Made by a program: the position numbers and the translations under genes. This document shows, piece by piece, positions 18,915 through 28,265 of a stretch of 64,000 nucleotides of DNA. The stretch comes from Patescibacteria group bacterium (lineage in GTDB: Bacteria > Patescibacteriota > Patescibacteriia > XYB2-FULL-38-15): assembly GCA_041737355.1 (NCBI GenBank), contig JBGSRW010000003.1, positions 5,332 to 69,331 on the forward strand, read 5' to 3'. Each line of letters opens with the position of its first letter. The stretch's first letter is position 1. Under the pieces are notes generated by a model. The model made no database searches, was not told the origin of the DNA, and was given only the letters and a program-made list of their open reading frames with translations.

Positions 18915-18919
18915 ATAAT

Positions 18920-20539
18920 CTATTTTTTTAGACAGGCGGCGATAAAAGCCTTAAAAAGCGGGTGCGGGGAAAGCGGTCTTGACTTGAATTCCGGATGAAA
19001 TTGCACGCCTACAAAAAATGGATGATCCTTGACTTCAATTATCTCAACTAAACTGTTATTCGGCGAAGTGCCTGCAATCACGAGCCCTGCCTTTTCAAAC
19101 TGCTCACGGTAGGCGTTGTTAAATTCGTATCTGTGACGATGCCGCTCGGAGATATTTTTTTGGCCGTAAGCCTTATAACTTATTGATTTTTTATTTAAAA
19201 CACAGGGATACGCGCCAAGCCGCATCGTTCCCCCATATTTTTTATTCTTAATTAGATCGCTCTGTTCCTCCATGATGTGAATAATCGGGTTTGTTGTTTT
19301 CGGATTAATTTCTGCCGTATTGGCGTCGGCAAGCCCGCAAATATTTCTTGCGAACTCTACCACGGCCATCTGCATCCCGTAACACAGCCCAAAATATGGA
19401 ATCTTATTTTCCCGACAATACTGGATAGCTTTTATTTTTCCTTCCACCCCGCGCGATCCAAAACCTCCTGGGACAATTACCCCATCGAGTTGTTTCAATT
19501 CTTTCAATTTTGCGGTGTCTTTTTCGTATTCTTCTGAATTCAACCAAGAGAGCACCGGCTTACGATTATTTGCCCAAGCTGCGTGCTTAATCGCTTCAAT
19601 CACAGAGATGTAGACATCGGACAAAACAAAATTTCCCGTAGTAAAATATTTGCCAACAATCCCAATGTGCACCTCTTCCTTAACCGTTTTAATAGTCTTA
19701 ACGAGTTTTCTCCATTCCGCCAAGTCTTTTTGCCGCGCTCTCATGTTAAATTTAGAAAGGATTCTCTGGCCCAATTGCTCTTTTTCAAAATTCAACGGCA
19801 CTTCGTAGATTGAGTCAATGTCCGGAGCGGAAATAACGTCGCGTTTGTCCACGTTGCAAAAAATGGAAATTTTTCTTTTTCTTGGTTCGTCAATCGGCTG
19901 CTCGGCCCGGCATAAAATAAAATCCGGCTGAATCCCGGCGGCGTTTAAAAGTTGCGTCGCCTGCTGGGTCGGCTTGGTCTTCATTTCTCCGATTTTTGAA
20001 GGAATCGGCAAATAACTCACCAAAACAAAAAGGACATCTTCGGGACGCCGCTGATGCAGCATTCTGGCTGCTTCTAAAAATAAAACGTTTTGATATTCGC
20101 CGACCGTGCCGCCGACCTCCACAATAACAAAATCGGCTTTTGCCTTTTTCCCGGCGCGACGAATTCTCCTTATCACCTCTTCTGGAACATGCGGCACAAC
20201 CTCAACGCATTTTCCGCCATATTCAAGATTTCTTTCTTTGGCAATTACGGTCTGATAAACCCGACCAGTTGTCATGTAATTGTCGGAATAAATATTTTCA
20301 TCCAAAAATCTCTCGTAGTTTCCTCCGTCCTGATCCATCTCGTCGCCGTCTTCGGTTACAAAAACTTCACCATGTTCAATCGGATTCATTGTTCCGGCAT
20401 CGACATTAATATAAGGGTCAATTTTTACGGCCGTGACCCTAAAACCCTTTCCTTGCAAAATTTTTCCAATCGAGGCACAGGCAGTCCCCTTACCAACCCC
20501 GGACATTACGCCGCCCGCCACAAAAATAAACTTGGTCAT
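18920..20539 (-). CDS. pyrG: CTP synthase
   Basis: GGVMSGVGKG, KIDPYINVDAGTM, KTKPTQ, GLCYGMQ, ERHRHRYE, QFHPE. Confidence 0.98.
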   Translation of the reverse strand: MTKFIFVAGGVMSGVGKGTACASIGKILQGKGFRVTAVKIDPYINVDAGTMNPIEHGEVFVTEDGDEMDQDGGNYERFLDENIYSDNYMTTGRVYQTVIAKERNLEYGGKCVEVVPHVPEEVIRRIRRAGKKAKADFVIVEVGGTVGEYQNVLFLEAARMLHQRRPEDVLFVLVSYLPIPSKIGEMKTKPTQQATQLLNAAGIQPDFILCRAEQPIDEPRKRKISIFCNVDKRDVISAPDIDSIYEVPLNFEKEQLGQRILSKFNMRARQKDLAEWRKLVKTIKTVKEEVHIGIVGKYFTTGNFVLSDVYISVIEAIKHAAWANNRKPVLSWLNSEEYEKDTAKLKELKQLDGVIVPGGFGSRGVEGKIKAIQYCRENKIPYFGLCYGMQMAVVEFARNICGLADANTAEINPKTTNPIIHIMEEQSDLIKNKKYGGTMRLGAYPCVLNKKSISYKAYGQKNISERHRHRYEFNNAYREQFEKAGLVIAGTSPNNSLVEIIEVKDHPFFVGVQFHPEFKSRPLSPHPLFKAFIAACLKK

Positions 20540-20567
20540 AAATTAATAAAAATTCTATAATATTCAC

Positions 20568-21014
20568 TTACTTTTCTTCGACTACTCTCACTAAAATCTT
20601 CGCCCGGAGCCCTTCGCCTAATTTTACCACAATTTCGTGTCCGCCGATATCCTTAATTGGTTTATCCAATTTAAGCTGTCTGACTTCCACTTCAAACCCT
20701 TTTCTTTTTAACTCAATAACAATTTCTTCTGCTCCAACCGACCCGTAAAGCTTTCCACCCTCGCCAATCTTGGCAGGAATTTTTATTTCTACGCCTGAAA
20801 GTTCTTTAGCCAATTTTTTCTTTTTTTTCTCTTCGTGGACCACCTTTTCCGCCGCCGCTTTAGCCTTTGTTTCTGTCTCAATTATAGCCCCCTGCGTGGC
20901 CAGCCGCGCCAAACCTCTTGCAATTAAAAAATTTCGACCATATCCCTCGGCCACTTCTTTAACATCCCCCACCCTCCCTACTTTATCCACATTCTTTAGA
21001 AGAATAACCCTCAT
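20568..21014 (-). CDS. rplI: 50S ribosomal protein L9
   Basis: MRVILLKNV..VGRVGDVKEVAEGYGRNFLI; KLYGSV. Confidence 0.97.
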   Translation of the reverse strand: MRVILLKNVDKVGRVGDVKEVAEGYGRNFLIARGLARLATQGAIIETETKAKAAAEKVVHEEKKKKKLAKELSGVEIKIPAKIGEGGKLYGSVGAEEIVIELKRKGFEVEVRQLKLDKPIKDIGGHEIVVKLGEGLRAKILVRVVEEK

Positions 21015-21128
21015 ATCAGTTTATTATATCAAAACTAAAAAATAAACAAAAAAAATCTCAAAGTAACCTTAATCATTCCTTAATCTGAAAAATATATAAT
21101 ACTAAGTGGAAATATCAAATACAAATAT

Positions 21129-21404
21129 ATGATGGATCAAGATTTGTGCTATTGCGGAGCAAGAGCAATCCGTGGCGAGGGGTTGCTTAGGAATACGATG
21201 TCTTGCCAAAGCTGCGGAAGTGAATGGGAGATTACCCATTGCTGGAGTTGCGGGGAACCGATTGACGGAAGATTTTCCAGTACCTGCCGTTCCTGCAGCT
21301 GGTATCTTTGCGCCAAGTGCGGATCTCATGAACCAGACTGCACTCACACCATCAGCGTGAAATTTAAAAATGACGCGAGCCGCCAAATAATGTTTATTTC
21401 CTGA
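21129..21404 (+). CDS. Cys-rich multi-zinc-ribbon orphan protein
   Basis: CYC, CQSC, CWSC, CRSC, CAKC, then HEPDC in 91 aa; followed by a terminator. Confidence 0.65.
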   Translation: MMDQDLCYCGARAIRGEGLLRNTMSCQSCGSEWEITHCWSCGEPIDGRFSSTCRSCSWYLCAKCGSHEPDCTHTISVKFKNDASRQIMFIS

Positions 21405-21418
21405 CCATTCCGATACTT

Positions 21419-21443
21419 AAAAAGAGGCACCAAGCCTCTTTTT
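21419..21443. terminator. Bidirectional terminator
   Basis: AAAAAGAGGC / GCCTCTTTTT. Confidence 0.8.
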
Positions 21444-21447
21444 ATTT

Positions 21448-22689
21448 CTATTCATTGATAATTTCTACGGCTTTCTCTAATTGGGGATCGCGGTTGGCAT
21501 TATAATCTTCCTCGGTCAAATCAATATCTATGTCAGGCATAATACCTTCCTTGTCTATCAATCTTCCTTTTGGCGTAAGCCATTCGGCAATCGTAATTTT
21601 CACCGCCGATCCGTCCGGCAAAGCTTCCAGGTTTTGGACGGATCCCTTTCCAAAAGTTTTTTTGCCGATGAGTTTAGCTTTTCCGTAATCCTGAAGCGCC
21701 CCCGCGACGATCTCCGAAGCCGAAGCCGATCCCTGATTGACTAAAACAACCGTTTTTATATTTTGTAAACGAGCGAGCCCTTCCGAGCGCTCTTCATTTT
21801 TCTGACCATCATCAATTTTTTCTATAACCACCACATCTTTTTCTATCCATTCTCCGGCGACGTCAACCGCCGTATCCAAAAATCCTCCTGGATTATTTCT
21901 CAAATCAAGAATAAGTCCTTTTGGACTGTTTGGCAAAAGTTCGGTAACCGCCTGGTTAAATTTTCTAGCGGTATCTTCGTTAAAATGGTTAATCTCAATA
22001 TAAGCAATGTCTTTTTTCATTTCCCATTTGACACTTGCTATCTCAATCCTGTCTCTTTTTATTTTTAAATCCTTGGGTTTTTCCCACCCCTCCCTCCATA
22101 CCCCGAGAACTACTTCCGTTCCTTTTTGACCGCGAATCAGACTTACCGCGTAATCAAGAGCCATATCGGCGGTATCTTTTCCGTCAATAGTAAAAATTTT
22201 GTCACCGGCTTTAAGCCCCGCACTTTCGGCCGGAGTCCCGGAAAGCGGAGCAATAACAGTCAACTGTTTATTTTTGATGCCAAGCTCGGCGCCGATTCCG
22301 TCGAAGGCTCCCTCCAATTCTTCCTGAAATTTTTTTGCCGTGTCCGGATCAAAAAAAACCGAATAAGGATCATCCAGCGCCGAAACAATCCCGGCAAGCG
22401 CTCCATAAAAAAGTTTTGTATCGGCTACTGGCTGGTGGACATAATTTTTTTTCACCAAATTCCAGACTTTCCAAAAAAGGTCGAAATCTACGTCTTTTGA
22501 TAAATGATCCGGTAGCTCCTGAGTGTTGCCGACCGTTCCGCCGACAAATTTTTTTTCTGTCTCTACGCGCCCCTGCCAGCCTCCAAGAGCCAATCCTCCA
22601 AGAAAACCTGCCAGCATCAAAATAACAATCGCGTAACCGACCGTATACTTAAAAAGAAAACCTTGTCTGTCGGGAAATTTAAATATCAT
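21448..22689 (-). CDS. Carboxyl-terminal processing protease (S41A, CtpA-like) with PDZ domain
   Basis: LDDPYS, GIGAEL, LDLRNNPGG, SASASEIVAGALQD, TFGKGSVQ. Confidence 0.93.
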   Translation of the reverse strand: MIFKFPDRQGFLFKYTVGYAIVILMLAGFLGGLALGGWQGRVETEKKFVGGTVGNTQELPDHLSKDVDFDLFWKVWNLVKKNYVHQPVADTKLFYGALAGIVSALDDPYSVFFDPDTAKKFQEELEGAFDGIGAELGIKNKQLTVIAPLSGTPAESAGLKAGDKIFTIDGKDTADMALDYAVSLIRGQKGTEVVLGVWREGWEKPKDLKIKRDRIEIASVKWEMKKDIAYIEINHFNEDTARKFNQAVTELLPNSPKGLILDLRNNPGGFLDTAVDVAGEWIEKDVVVIEKIDDGQKNEERSEGLARLQNIKTVVLVNQGSASASEIVAGALQDYGKAKLIGKKTFGKGSVQNLEALPDGSAVKITIAEWLTPKGRLIDKEGIMPDIDIDLTEEDYNANRDPQLEKAVEIINE

Positions 22690-22720
22690 AAAATATTGGC
22701 AAATTTTTTATTTATAAAAT

Positions 22721-23974
22721 TCAAACTCTTTTAATGTCGGCTCCAAGCGCGGCGAGGCGTTTCTCAATCGCTTCGTAACCTCTGTCTACAATCTCCGCTT
22801 CGTTGATTACCGTTTCACCTGAAGCGATAATTCCGGCAATGACAAGTGTAGCTCCGGCCCGTAAATCGAAACTTTTAATCTCCTGACCGTACAACGGAGT
22901 CGGACCGTTGATAACAACCCTGTGCGGATCAGCAACAATGGCGTTAGCGCCCATTTTTATTAATTCTCCGATATAACCCATTCTCCCCTCAAACATCGGG
23001 TCGGCGATCAGGGTAGTTCCGTTGCATTGGGTTGCCAAAACTCCGAAAGGCGCCTGCAAATCCGTCGGAAAGCCGGGATACGGCAATGTCTGTAGTTTAA
23101 AAGCGCAGAGGTTGGCCGACGGTTTAATTTTCAAAAAATTATTGCCGACTTCCAGGTTAACCCTCGCTTCTTTCAACTTTAATAAAATAATATCAAGATA
23201 TTCCGGCATGACGTTTTCTATCGTTACCTCGCCGCGGGAAACCGCAGCGGCTACGGCGAGCGTTCCTATTTCTATCTGGTCGGGAATAAGAGTGTGGCGG
23301 GCGCCGTGAAGTTTTTTTACGCCGTTGATGGAAAGATTATGGGTGCCCGCACCTCTTATTTCCGCGCCCATATTATTCAAAAATTTTATCAAATCCTGGA
23401 CGTGCGGTTCTGCCGCGGCCAAACGAACCTCGGTAACCCCTTCGGCTAAGCTTGCCGCCATCAGCAAATTTTCGGTTGCCGTTACGGAAAATTCTGGTAA
23501 AATAACAATTGAACCGACAAGCTTGTCTGCCTCCAGGTGATAATGGCCGTTTTCCCGAGTTACCTTGGCGCCAAGCTTGCCGAGGGCATAAAAATGAGTA
23601 TCGGGCGGCCTATTGCCGATGATACATCCTCCCGGTTCGGGAATGGAAACCTTCTTGAAACGGGCGAGCAACGACCCTAAAAATAAAATTGAAGAACGCA
23701 TGCTCTTCACCGTTTTTTCATCAAGGGATTTTATGTCAACGTCCTTGGCGCAAATCGTTACTTCGTGTTCATTCGTCCATTCGGCTCTTGCCCCAAGACT
23801 TTTTAAAATATCGAGCATTCTTTCCACGTCGGAAATTTTTGGGACATTATCTATAACGCACTCCTCGTCAGTTAAAAGAGTAGCCGCGATAATCGGCGTA
23901 GCCGCATTTTTCATTCCCCCCGCTCTTATTTTACCTCTTAGCGGCTTGCCGCCCCTGATAACAAATTTAGACAT
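22721..23974 (-). CDS. murA: UDP-GlcNAc 1-carboxyvinyltransferase MurA
   Basis: KNAATP, PGGCIIGNRP (catalytic Cys), SVTATEN, PGFPTDLQ, DLRAGA. Confidence 0.96.
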   Translation of the reverse strand: MSKFVIRGGKPLRGKIRAGGMKNAATPIIAATLLTDEECVIDNVPKISDVERMLDILKSLGARAEWTNEHEVTICAKDVDIKSLDEKTVKSMRSSILFLGSLLARFKKVSIPEPGGCIIGNRPPDTHFYALGKLGAKVTRENGHYHLEADKLVGSIVILPEFSVTATENLLMAASLAEGVTEVRLAAAEPHVQDLIKFLNNMGAEIRGAGTHNLSINGVKKLHGARHTLIPDQIEIGTLAVAAAVSRGEVTIENVMPEYLDIILLKLKEARVNLEVGNNFLKIKPSANLCAFKLQTLPYPGFPTDLQAPFGVLATQCNGTTLIADPMFEGRMGYIGELIKMGANAIVADPHRVVINGPTPLYGQEIKSFDLRAGATLVIAGIIASGETVINEAEIVDRGYEAIEKRLAALGADIKRV

Positions 23975-24074
23975 AGGCTAAAAAATATCTTTTCTATTTA
24001 TCTTAGCTTAACTTTTTTTGACAAAAAAGGCAAGGAGGCGCTTAATTATAAATTAAGGCTAAATAAAGTACAAT

Positions 24075-25226
24075 ATGAAAATCCGCTCACGGCGTATTAC
24101 CTATCTAATCTTCATAATTATTTTTCTGATCATAACCCCCGTTGTTATCCTTTACGCGGCCGGCTACCGTTATAATTTCCAAAAACATAAATTACAAAAA
24201 ACGGGCATCCTTATATTGAAATCAAAACCGGAGGGGGCTAATATTTTTCTGAATGGAGAGCTGCAAAAAATTTCTACCCCAGCCCGCCTCACTAATCTCA
24301 TGCCCGAAGATTACTCCGTCAAGGTTGAAAAAGAAAATTTCTATTTCTGGCAAAAAACTCTGCCAGTCAGAAGCCGTCTCACGACTTTCGCCGAAAATAT
24401 AACTCTTTTCAAAAAAAATCTGCCGATTGAACTATCATCGGGAGATATCCCGCTTTTCTCTCTTTCGCCGGACAAAGAAAAAATTGCCTATCTTTTAGCC
24501 GACGAGACGGAAAAGCAAGTATGGCTATTGAACAATAAAACCGGGGAAAAAATTATGCTATACGGAACAACTGCGAAAGAAGGAGCTATCATTAAAAAAA
24601 TAGAATGGAGCCGGAGCAGCCAAAAAATTCTCATAACCGTTTCCGAAGACAGCCATCCCGAAAAATATATTATTTTTGATTATCAAGCCGAAACGGCTTC
24701 AACCTATAAAAATCTTGACGAGTTTTATTTTGATTTTTCCGGCGTCAAAAAAAAATCATTGAAAATTTCCGCCAATGGTGACCTGACCCTGCTGAAAAAT
24801 TCTTCCAATCTGCTCGCGGCCCTTGATAAAAAAAATCGTGATTTAAAAATATGGAATACTGACAACGACCGGCTCGTTTTTGAAACCGAATCCGACGGCG
24901 CCGCCTGGTCAAAGGACGGAAACAAAATCCTCTATGCAAAAAATTTTGAAATATGGTTCTACGATTTTTCCGCAGATCAGGAGACTCTTGTTACGCGTTA
25001 CAGCAAAGAAATAAAAAAAATTGACTGGATTAACGATAACTATATTATCGTCCTCTTCGACAACAATCTTAGGTCTATAGAGCTTGACGAACGCGACCAA
25101 AGAAACGTAACTGACCTTTTAAGCCTTGGCGATCTGCGCGATTTTGGCGTTGACCCCGAAAAACAAAAAATTTATTTTACCGGATCGGTGGGAAACAAAA
25201 AAGGAGTCTTTGAACTCCCATACTGA
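24075..25226 (+). CDS. PEGA-domain protein with a C-terminal beta-propeller-like region
   Basis: N-terminal TM ending YAAGYRY; PEGA motif GILILKSKPEGANIFLNG...TPARLTNLMPEDYSVKVEKE; then repeats such as SPDKEKIAY and WSKDGNKILY. Confidence 0.8.
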   Translation: MKIRSRRITYLIFIIIFLIITPVVILYAAGYRYNFQKHKLQKTGILILKSKPEGANIFLNGELQKISTPARLTNLMPEDYSVKVEKENFYFWQKTLPVRSRLTTFAENITLFKKNLPIELSSGDIPLFSLSPDKEKIAYLLADETEKQVWLLNNKTGEKIMLYGTTAKEGAIIKKIEWSRSSQKILITVSEDSHPEKYIIFDYQAETASTYKNLDEFYFDFSGVKKKSLKISANGDLTLLKNSSNLLAALDKKNRDLKIWNTDNDRLVFETESDGAAWSKDGNKILYAKNFEIWFYDFSADQETLVTRYSKEIKKIDWINDNYIIVLFDNNLRSIELDERDQRNVTDLLSLGDLRDFGVDPEKQKIYFTGSVGNKKGVFELPY

Positions 25227-25247
25227 TAAAATAATAAAAAATACCCG

Positions 25248-26318
25248 CTAAAGCTCGACCACTGAATTATCACCGATAATAAGCTTATGACCGAGAGGCA
25301 GGCTGTCACAAGAAGAGCCCAAGACGGTGTTATGACCGATTAAGCTGTCGACTATTCTCTTACCGCATTTAATCTCCGCGTTATCAAAAATAATCGAATG
25401 CTCAATTTCCGTGTTGGTAATTTTGGTATTATTGCCTATTGAAGTATATGGACCGATATAACTGTCGATAACCATGCAGTTTTTGCCTATTACGGCCGGC
25501 CCGCGGATCAAAGATTTCCCTCCGATATAAGTTCCTTTTTCAATTTTAACCTTTCCTTGGATAATCACCCCCGGGGCCACGTTGGCCTCGTTTTTTGTAT
25601 CCGCTAAATCGTGCAAAATTAATTGATTCCCCTCGAGTAAATCCTCCGGCTTGCCGGTATCTTTCCACCATCCCGTGATTTCTTCGTAACCGACACTGAA
25701 TCCTTTTTCTATCAAATAAGTATTGGCATCGGAAATCTCGTATTCTCCGCGCGGTGAGGGGGGAATTTTTTCTACCGCCTCAAAAATATTAGAATCGTAA
25801 ACATAAATTCCCGTCTGGGCGAAATTGCTCTGCGGATGGGATGGCTTTTCTTCTACGCGCAAAACTTTTCCTTCGGAAATAACCGGGACGCCGAACCTTT
25901 CCGGGTCTGGCACGCGGGCAAAAGCCAAAAGAACATTCAGTTTCTCGTTAATAAATTTATCTACAAATCTTTTTATACTGCCCAAAATAATATTATCACC
26001 CAAATAAAAAATGAATGGCTCGTTTCCGAGAAACCCTTTGGCGTTCTTTATAATATGGGCCAGCCCTTTCGGGCCGCCTGTCTGCTCGATATAAGTTATG
26101 GAAACGCCCCATCTGCTTCCGTCACCTACGATTTTTTGGATTTCCGTTTCTCCGGGATTTATATTTATCCCTATCTCCCTCACCCCTGTTTCGGCTATTT
26201 TTTCCAACGCATAAAAAAGCATTGGCTTATTGGCAACGGGAATAAGATGTTTGTTGGTTGTATGCGTAATCGGCCGCAGCCTCGTAGCTCTTCCTCCGGC
26301 CGTAATCAGGGCTTTCAT
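25248..26318 (-). CDS. rmlA: Glucose-1-phosphate thymidylyltransferase (long form with left-handed beta-helix)
   Basis: AGGRATRLRPIT..NKHLIPVANKP, YLGDN, EKP, WWKDTG, C-terminal hexapeptide repeats. Confidence 0.92.
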   Translation of the reverse strand: MKALITAGGRATRLRPITHTTNKHLIPVANKPMLFYALEKIAETGVREIGININPGETEIQKIVGDGSRWGVSITYIEQTGGPKGLAHIIKNAKGFLGNEPFIFYLGDNIILGSIKRFVDKFINEKLNVLLAFARVPDPERFGVPVISEGKVLRVEEKPSHPQSNFAQTGIYVYDSNIFEAVEKIPPSPRGEYEISDANTYLIEKGFSVGYEEITGWWKDTGKPEDLLEGNQLILHDLADTKNEANVAPGVIIQGKVKIEKGTYIGGKSLIRGPAVIGKNCMVIDSYIGPYTSIGNNTKITNTEIEHSIIFDNAEIKCGKRIVDSLIGHNTVLGSSCDSLPLGHKLIIGDNSVVEL

Positions 26319-26321
26319 AAT

Positions 26322-27164
26322 TTATTTTATTTTTAAATAATCTGCCAATGCCTCTTCCCATTTTCGCATTGGCGGCAATTTTGTATTTAAAAGTATTGAG
26401 TATTTTGGCCTTTTGGCTGGCCTTGGAAATTTATCAGCTCCCACCGGCACCAATTTAATATTTTTACCGGATATTTCAAATATCCTCTTGGCCCAACCAT
26501 ACCAAGTACACGCGCCTTCATTTGTTGCGTGATAAATTCCAAATATTTTTTTCCATTCAATAATTTCTCTTGTCCGCCGAGCAAGATCCGAGACATAAGT
26601 TGGCGAACTCACTTCCTCATCAACTAACTCCAAACAATCTTTTTCCTCGGCGCACTTCAACATCACATCAATAAACCCTTTTTTTGCTCCTTCACTTATA
26701 GCCGACTTACCAAACAATCTTGAAGTTCTTATTAAATAATATTTTTCATTTTTCAATTGATCTTCGCCTAACCGTTTTGACATCGCATAAATACTCTGTG
26801 GGTTTGGCTCAGCATCTTCTCTATAGCCATCAATTTCTTTCCCGTCAAAAACATAATCAGTACTGTAGTGAACTAAAGTCGCGCCAACCGCCTCGGCCGC
26901 CTCAGATAAATTTCCCACAGCATAACCGTTAACCCTTTCTGCCAAATCTTTCTCCCCTTCTTCAATTTTGTCCACCGCGTTATAGGCCGCGGCGTTTATA
27001 ATAATTTCCGGCCCCGCGGATTTTATTTTTTCTAAAACTAAGTCTTTTTTTGTAATATCAATTTCTTCTTTATCCCAAGAGATTATTTCATAGCCGCTCC
27101 CACCGAATTCTCTTGCCAACTCTTGCCCCAACATTCCCTTTGCTCCAATGATTAAAACCTTCAT
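26322..27164 (-). CDS. rmlD: dTDP-4-dehydrorhamnose reductase
   Basis: GAKGMLG, NAAAYNAVD, YSTDYVFDG, YAMSK, RPAKRP. Start set at ATG 27164 because the TTG at 27227 is a -35 box. Confidence 0.93.
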   Translation of the reverse strand: MKVLIIGAKGMLGQELAREFGGSGYEIISWDKEEIDITKKDLVLEKIKSAGPEIIINAAAYNAVDKIEEGEKDLAERVNGYAVGNLSEAAEAVGATLVHYSTDYVFDGKEIDGYREDAEPNPQSIYAMSKRLGEDQLKNEKYYLIRTSRLFGKSAISEGAKKGFIDVMLKCAEEKDCLELVDEEVSSPTYVSDLARRTREIIEWKKIFGIYHATNEGACTWYGWAKRIFEISGKNIKLVPVGADKFPRPAKRPKYSILLNTKLPPMRKWEEALADYLKIK

Positions 27165-27198
27165 AATTAAAGAAAATTTAGTGTCTATTGCTCCCTTA

Positions 27199-27227
27199 AG
27201 ATTAGTAGAATCAGTGTTTTTTGTCAA
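27199..27227 (-). promoter_or_regulatory. Sigma70 promoter restarting transcription of rmlD-rmlA
   Basis: Reverse complement TTGACA-N17-TAATCT. Confidence 0.7.
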
Positions 27228-27228
27228 T

Positions 27229-27271
27229 AAAAAGACACCGTCTCAGCAATTGCTAGTTGCCAAAACGGTGT
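27229..27271 (-). terminator. Terminator of the GC-rich cassette
   Basis: Minus strand ACACCGTTTTGGCAA / TTGCTGAGACGGTGT stem with G-U pairs, then CTTTTT. Confidence 0.7.
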
Positions 27272-27289
27272 GGTGTTCATCCTCCTTGT

Positions 27290-27505
27290 TCAGATCGTGT
27301 TCTCCCCTGGAGCAGCCGGCCGTTCCGCGACCCTGGCGCGCAGCTCATCGGCACAGAGACGGTCCCAGCGCCGCTTGAACTGCTCGTTCTTCCGACGATT
27401 GCCGTCCAGCTCGGTGAGACGGATCAGCCGCGCGACCTCCATCTTCTCCCTCTGGATTGTGGATAGATCGCCCACCGGCCTTCTCTTCTTGCGCAACCTT
27501 GCCAT
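27290..27505 (-). CDS. Small basic hypothetical protein (GC-rich cassette)
   Basis: 71 aa, Arg-rich; strong SD AAGGAGG upstream of the ATG. Confidence 0.6.
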   Translation of the reverse strand: MARLRKKRRPVGDLSTIQREKMEVARLIRLTELDGNRRKNEQFKRRWDRLCADELRARVAERPAAPGENTI

Positions 27506-27543
27506 TCCCGCCTCCTTGTTCTCACTGCGACCAGGCTGCGCGA

Positions 27544-28140
27544 CTACAGGCCGGCCTTGGCGAGAGCCGCGAGCGAGCGACCGTCAGTGGAGTGCCTGCC
27601 GAACTGGATCACGGTCATGCCCTCGGCCTCCGGGAAGTCCATCTCCACGACATAGACTGCGATGATGCCCTCGATGCGCTGGGGATTGGTCTCGATGAAG
27701 CCGACTGGTTTCAAACCCTTCTCGGCCAGTTCGCCCTTGGAGATGCTGGACGGCTTGAGCTCCAGAATCCCGCCGTTCAGGCCTGTGGCCTTGCGCACGC
27801 GCACAAGCAGCGCGCCGTACTTGCGGGTCGTCTCGATCACGACGTGGCCCACGATGCGCGGCATGGTGGGATCCGCCGACTGCGGCACATTCGGTTCCTC
27901 GTAGAGCGCAATCTGGCCCCAGCCGCCACGATCCACGTAGCGAGCGTCACAGAACTTGCCATCGCCGCGGCAGCTCCGGCCGGTAGCCGGATCGAAGCAC
28001 CAGAGCTCGGCCTCTTTGCCTTCGGCGATCTTCTTCTTGCGGATCTCGTCCGACTCGAGGCAGAACTTGACCGGCCTTCCGAACTGGAAAGCCACCTCGC
28101 TCAAATGCAGGATCTCCGCCTTCTTCTCACCCTCAGCCAT
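27544..28140 (-). CDS. Hypothetical protein (GC-rich cassette), possibly a degenerate Nudix fold
   Basis: Purine-rich SD (AAGGAAGGA) before ATG 28140; GC-rich third positions; weak resemblance to Nudix or NDP-hexose 2,3-dehydratase motifs. Confidence 0.65.
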   Translation of the reverse strand: MAEGEKKAEILHLSEVAFQFGRPVKFCLESDEIRKKKIAEGKEAELWCFDPATGRSCRGDGKFCDARYVDRGGWGQIALYEEPNVPQSADPTMPRIVGHVVIETTRKYGALLVRVRKATGLNGGILELKPSSISKGELAEKGLKPVGFIETNPQRIEGIIAVYVVEMDFPEAEGMTVIQFGRHSTDGRSLAALAKAGL

Positions 28141-28189
28141 CTCGTCCTTCCTTTCTTGAAGCCCCCGTGGCTTCTCTTTGATATTGATA

Positions 28190-28218
28190 AGGTTAGACGA
28201 CAAAATTAAAATTGTCAA
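28190..28218 (-). promoter_or_regulatory. Sigma70 promoter of the GC-rich cassette
   Basis: Reverse complement TTGACA-N17-TAACCT. Confidence 0.7.
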
Positions 28219-28222
28219 GAAT

Positions 28223-28246
28223 AAAAAAGCGGCCTTTCGGCCGCTT
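28223..28246 (-). terminator. Terminator ending the rmlB-side transcript
   Basis: Minus strand GCGGCC-GAAA-GGCCGC-TTTTTT. Confidence 0.85.
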
Positions 28247-28265
28247 CCCTAAAAATTTTATTTAT

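Noticed and set aside
20983-20991. DnaA box TTATCCACA in rplI
   Set aside because: Falls within coding sequence (NVDK codons); likely chance.
21102-21386. 94-aa minus-strand ORF
   Set aside because: Antisense to the Cys-rich ORF, whose regular CxxC pattern and terminator make it the better gene.
27457-28209. 250-aa plus-strand ORF and other overlapping ORFs
   Set aside because: Antisense shadows of the GC-rich minus-strand gene, which has the promoter, SD and terminator.
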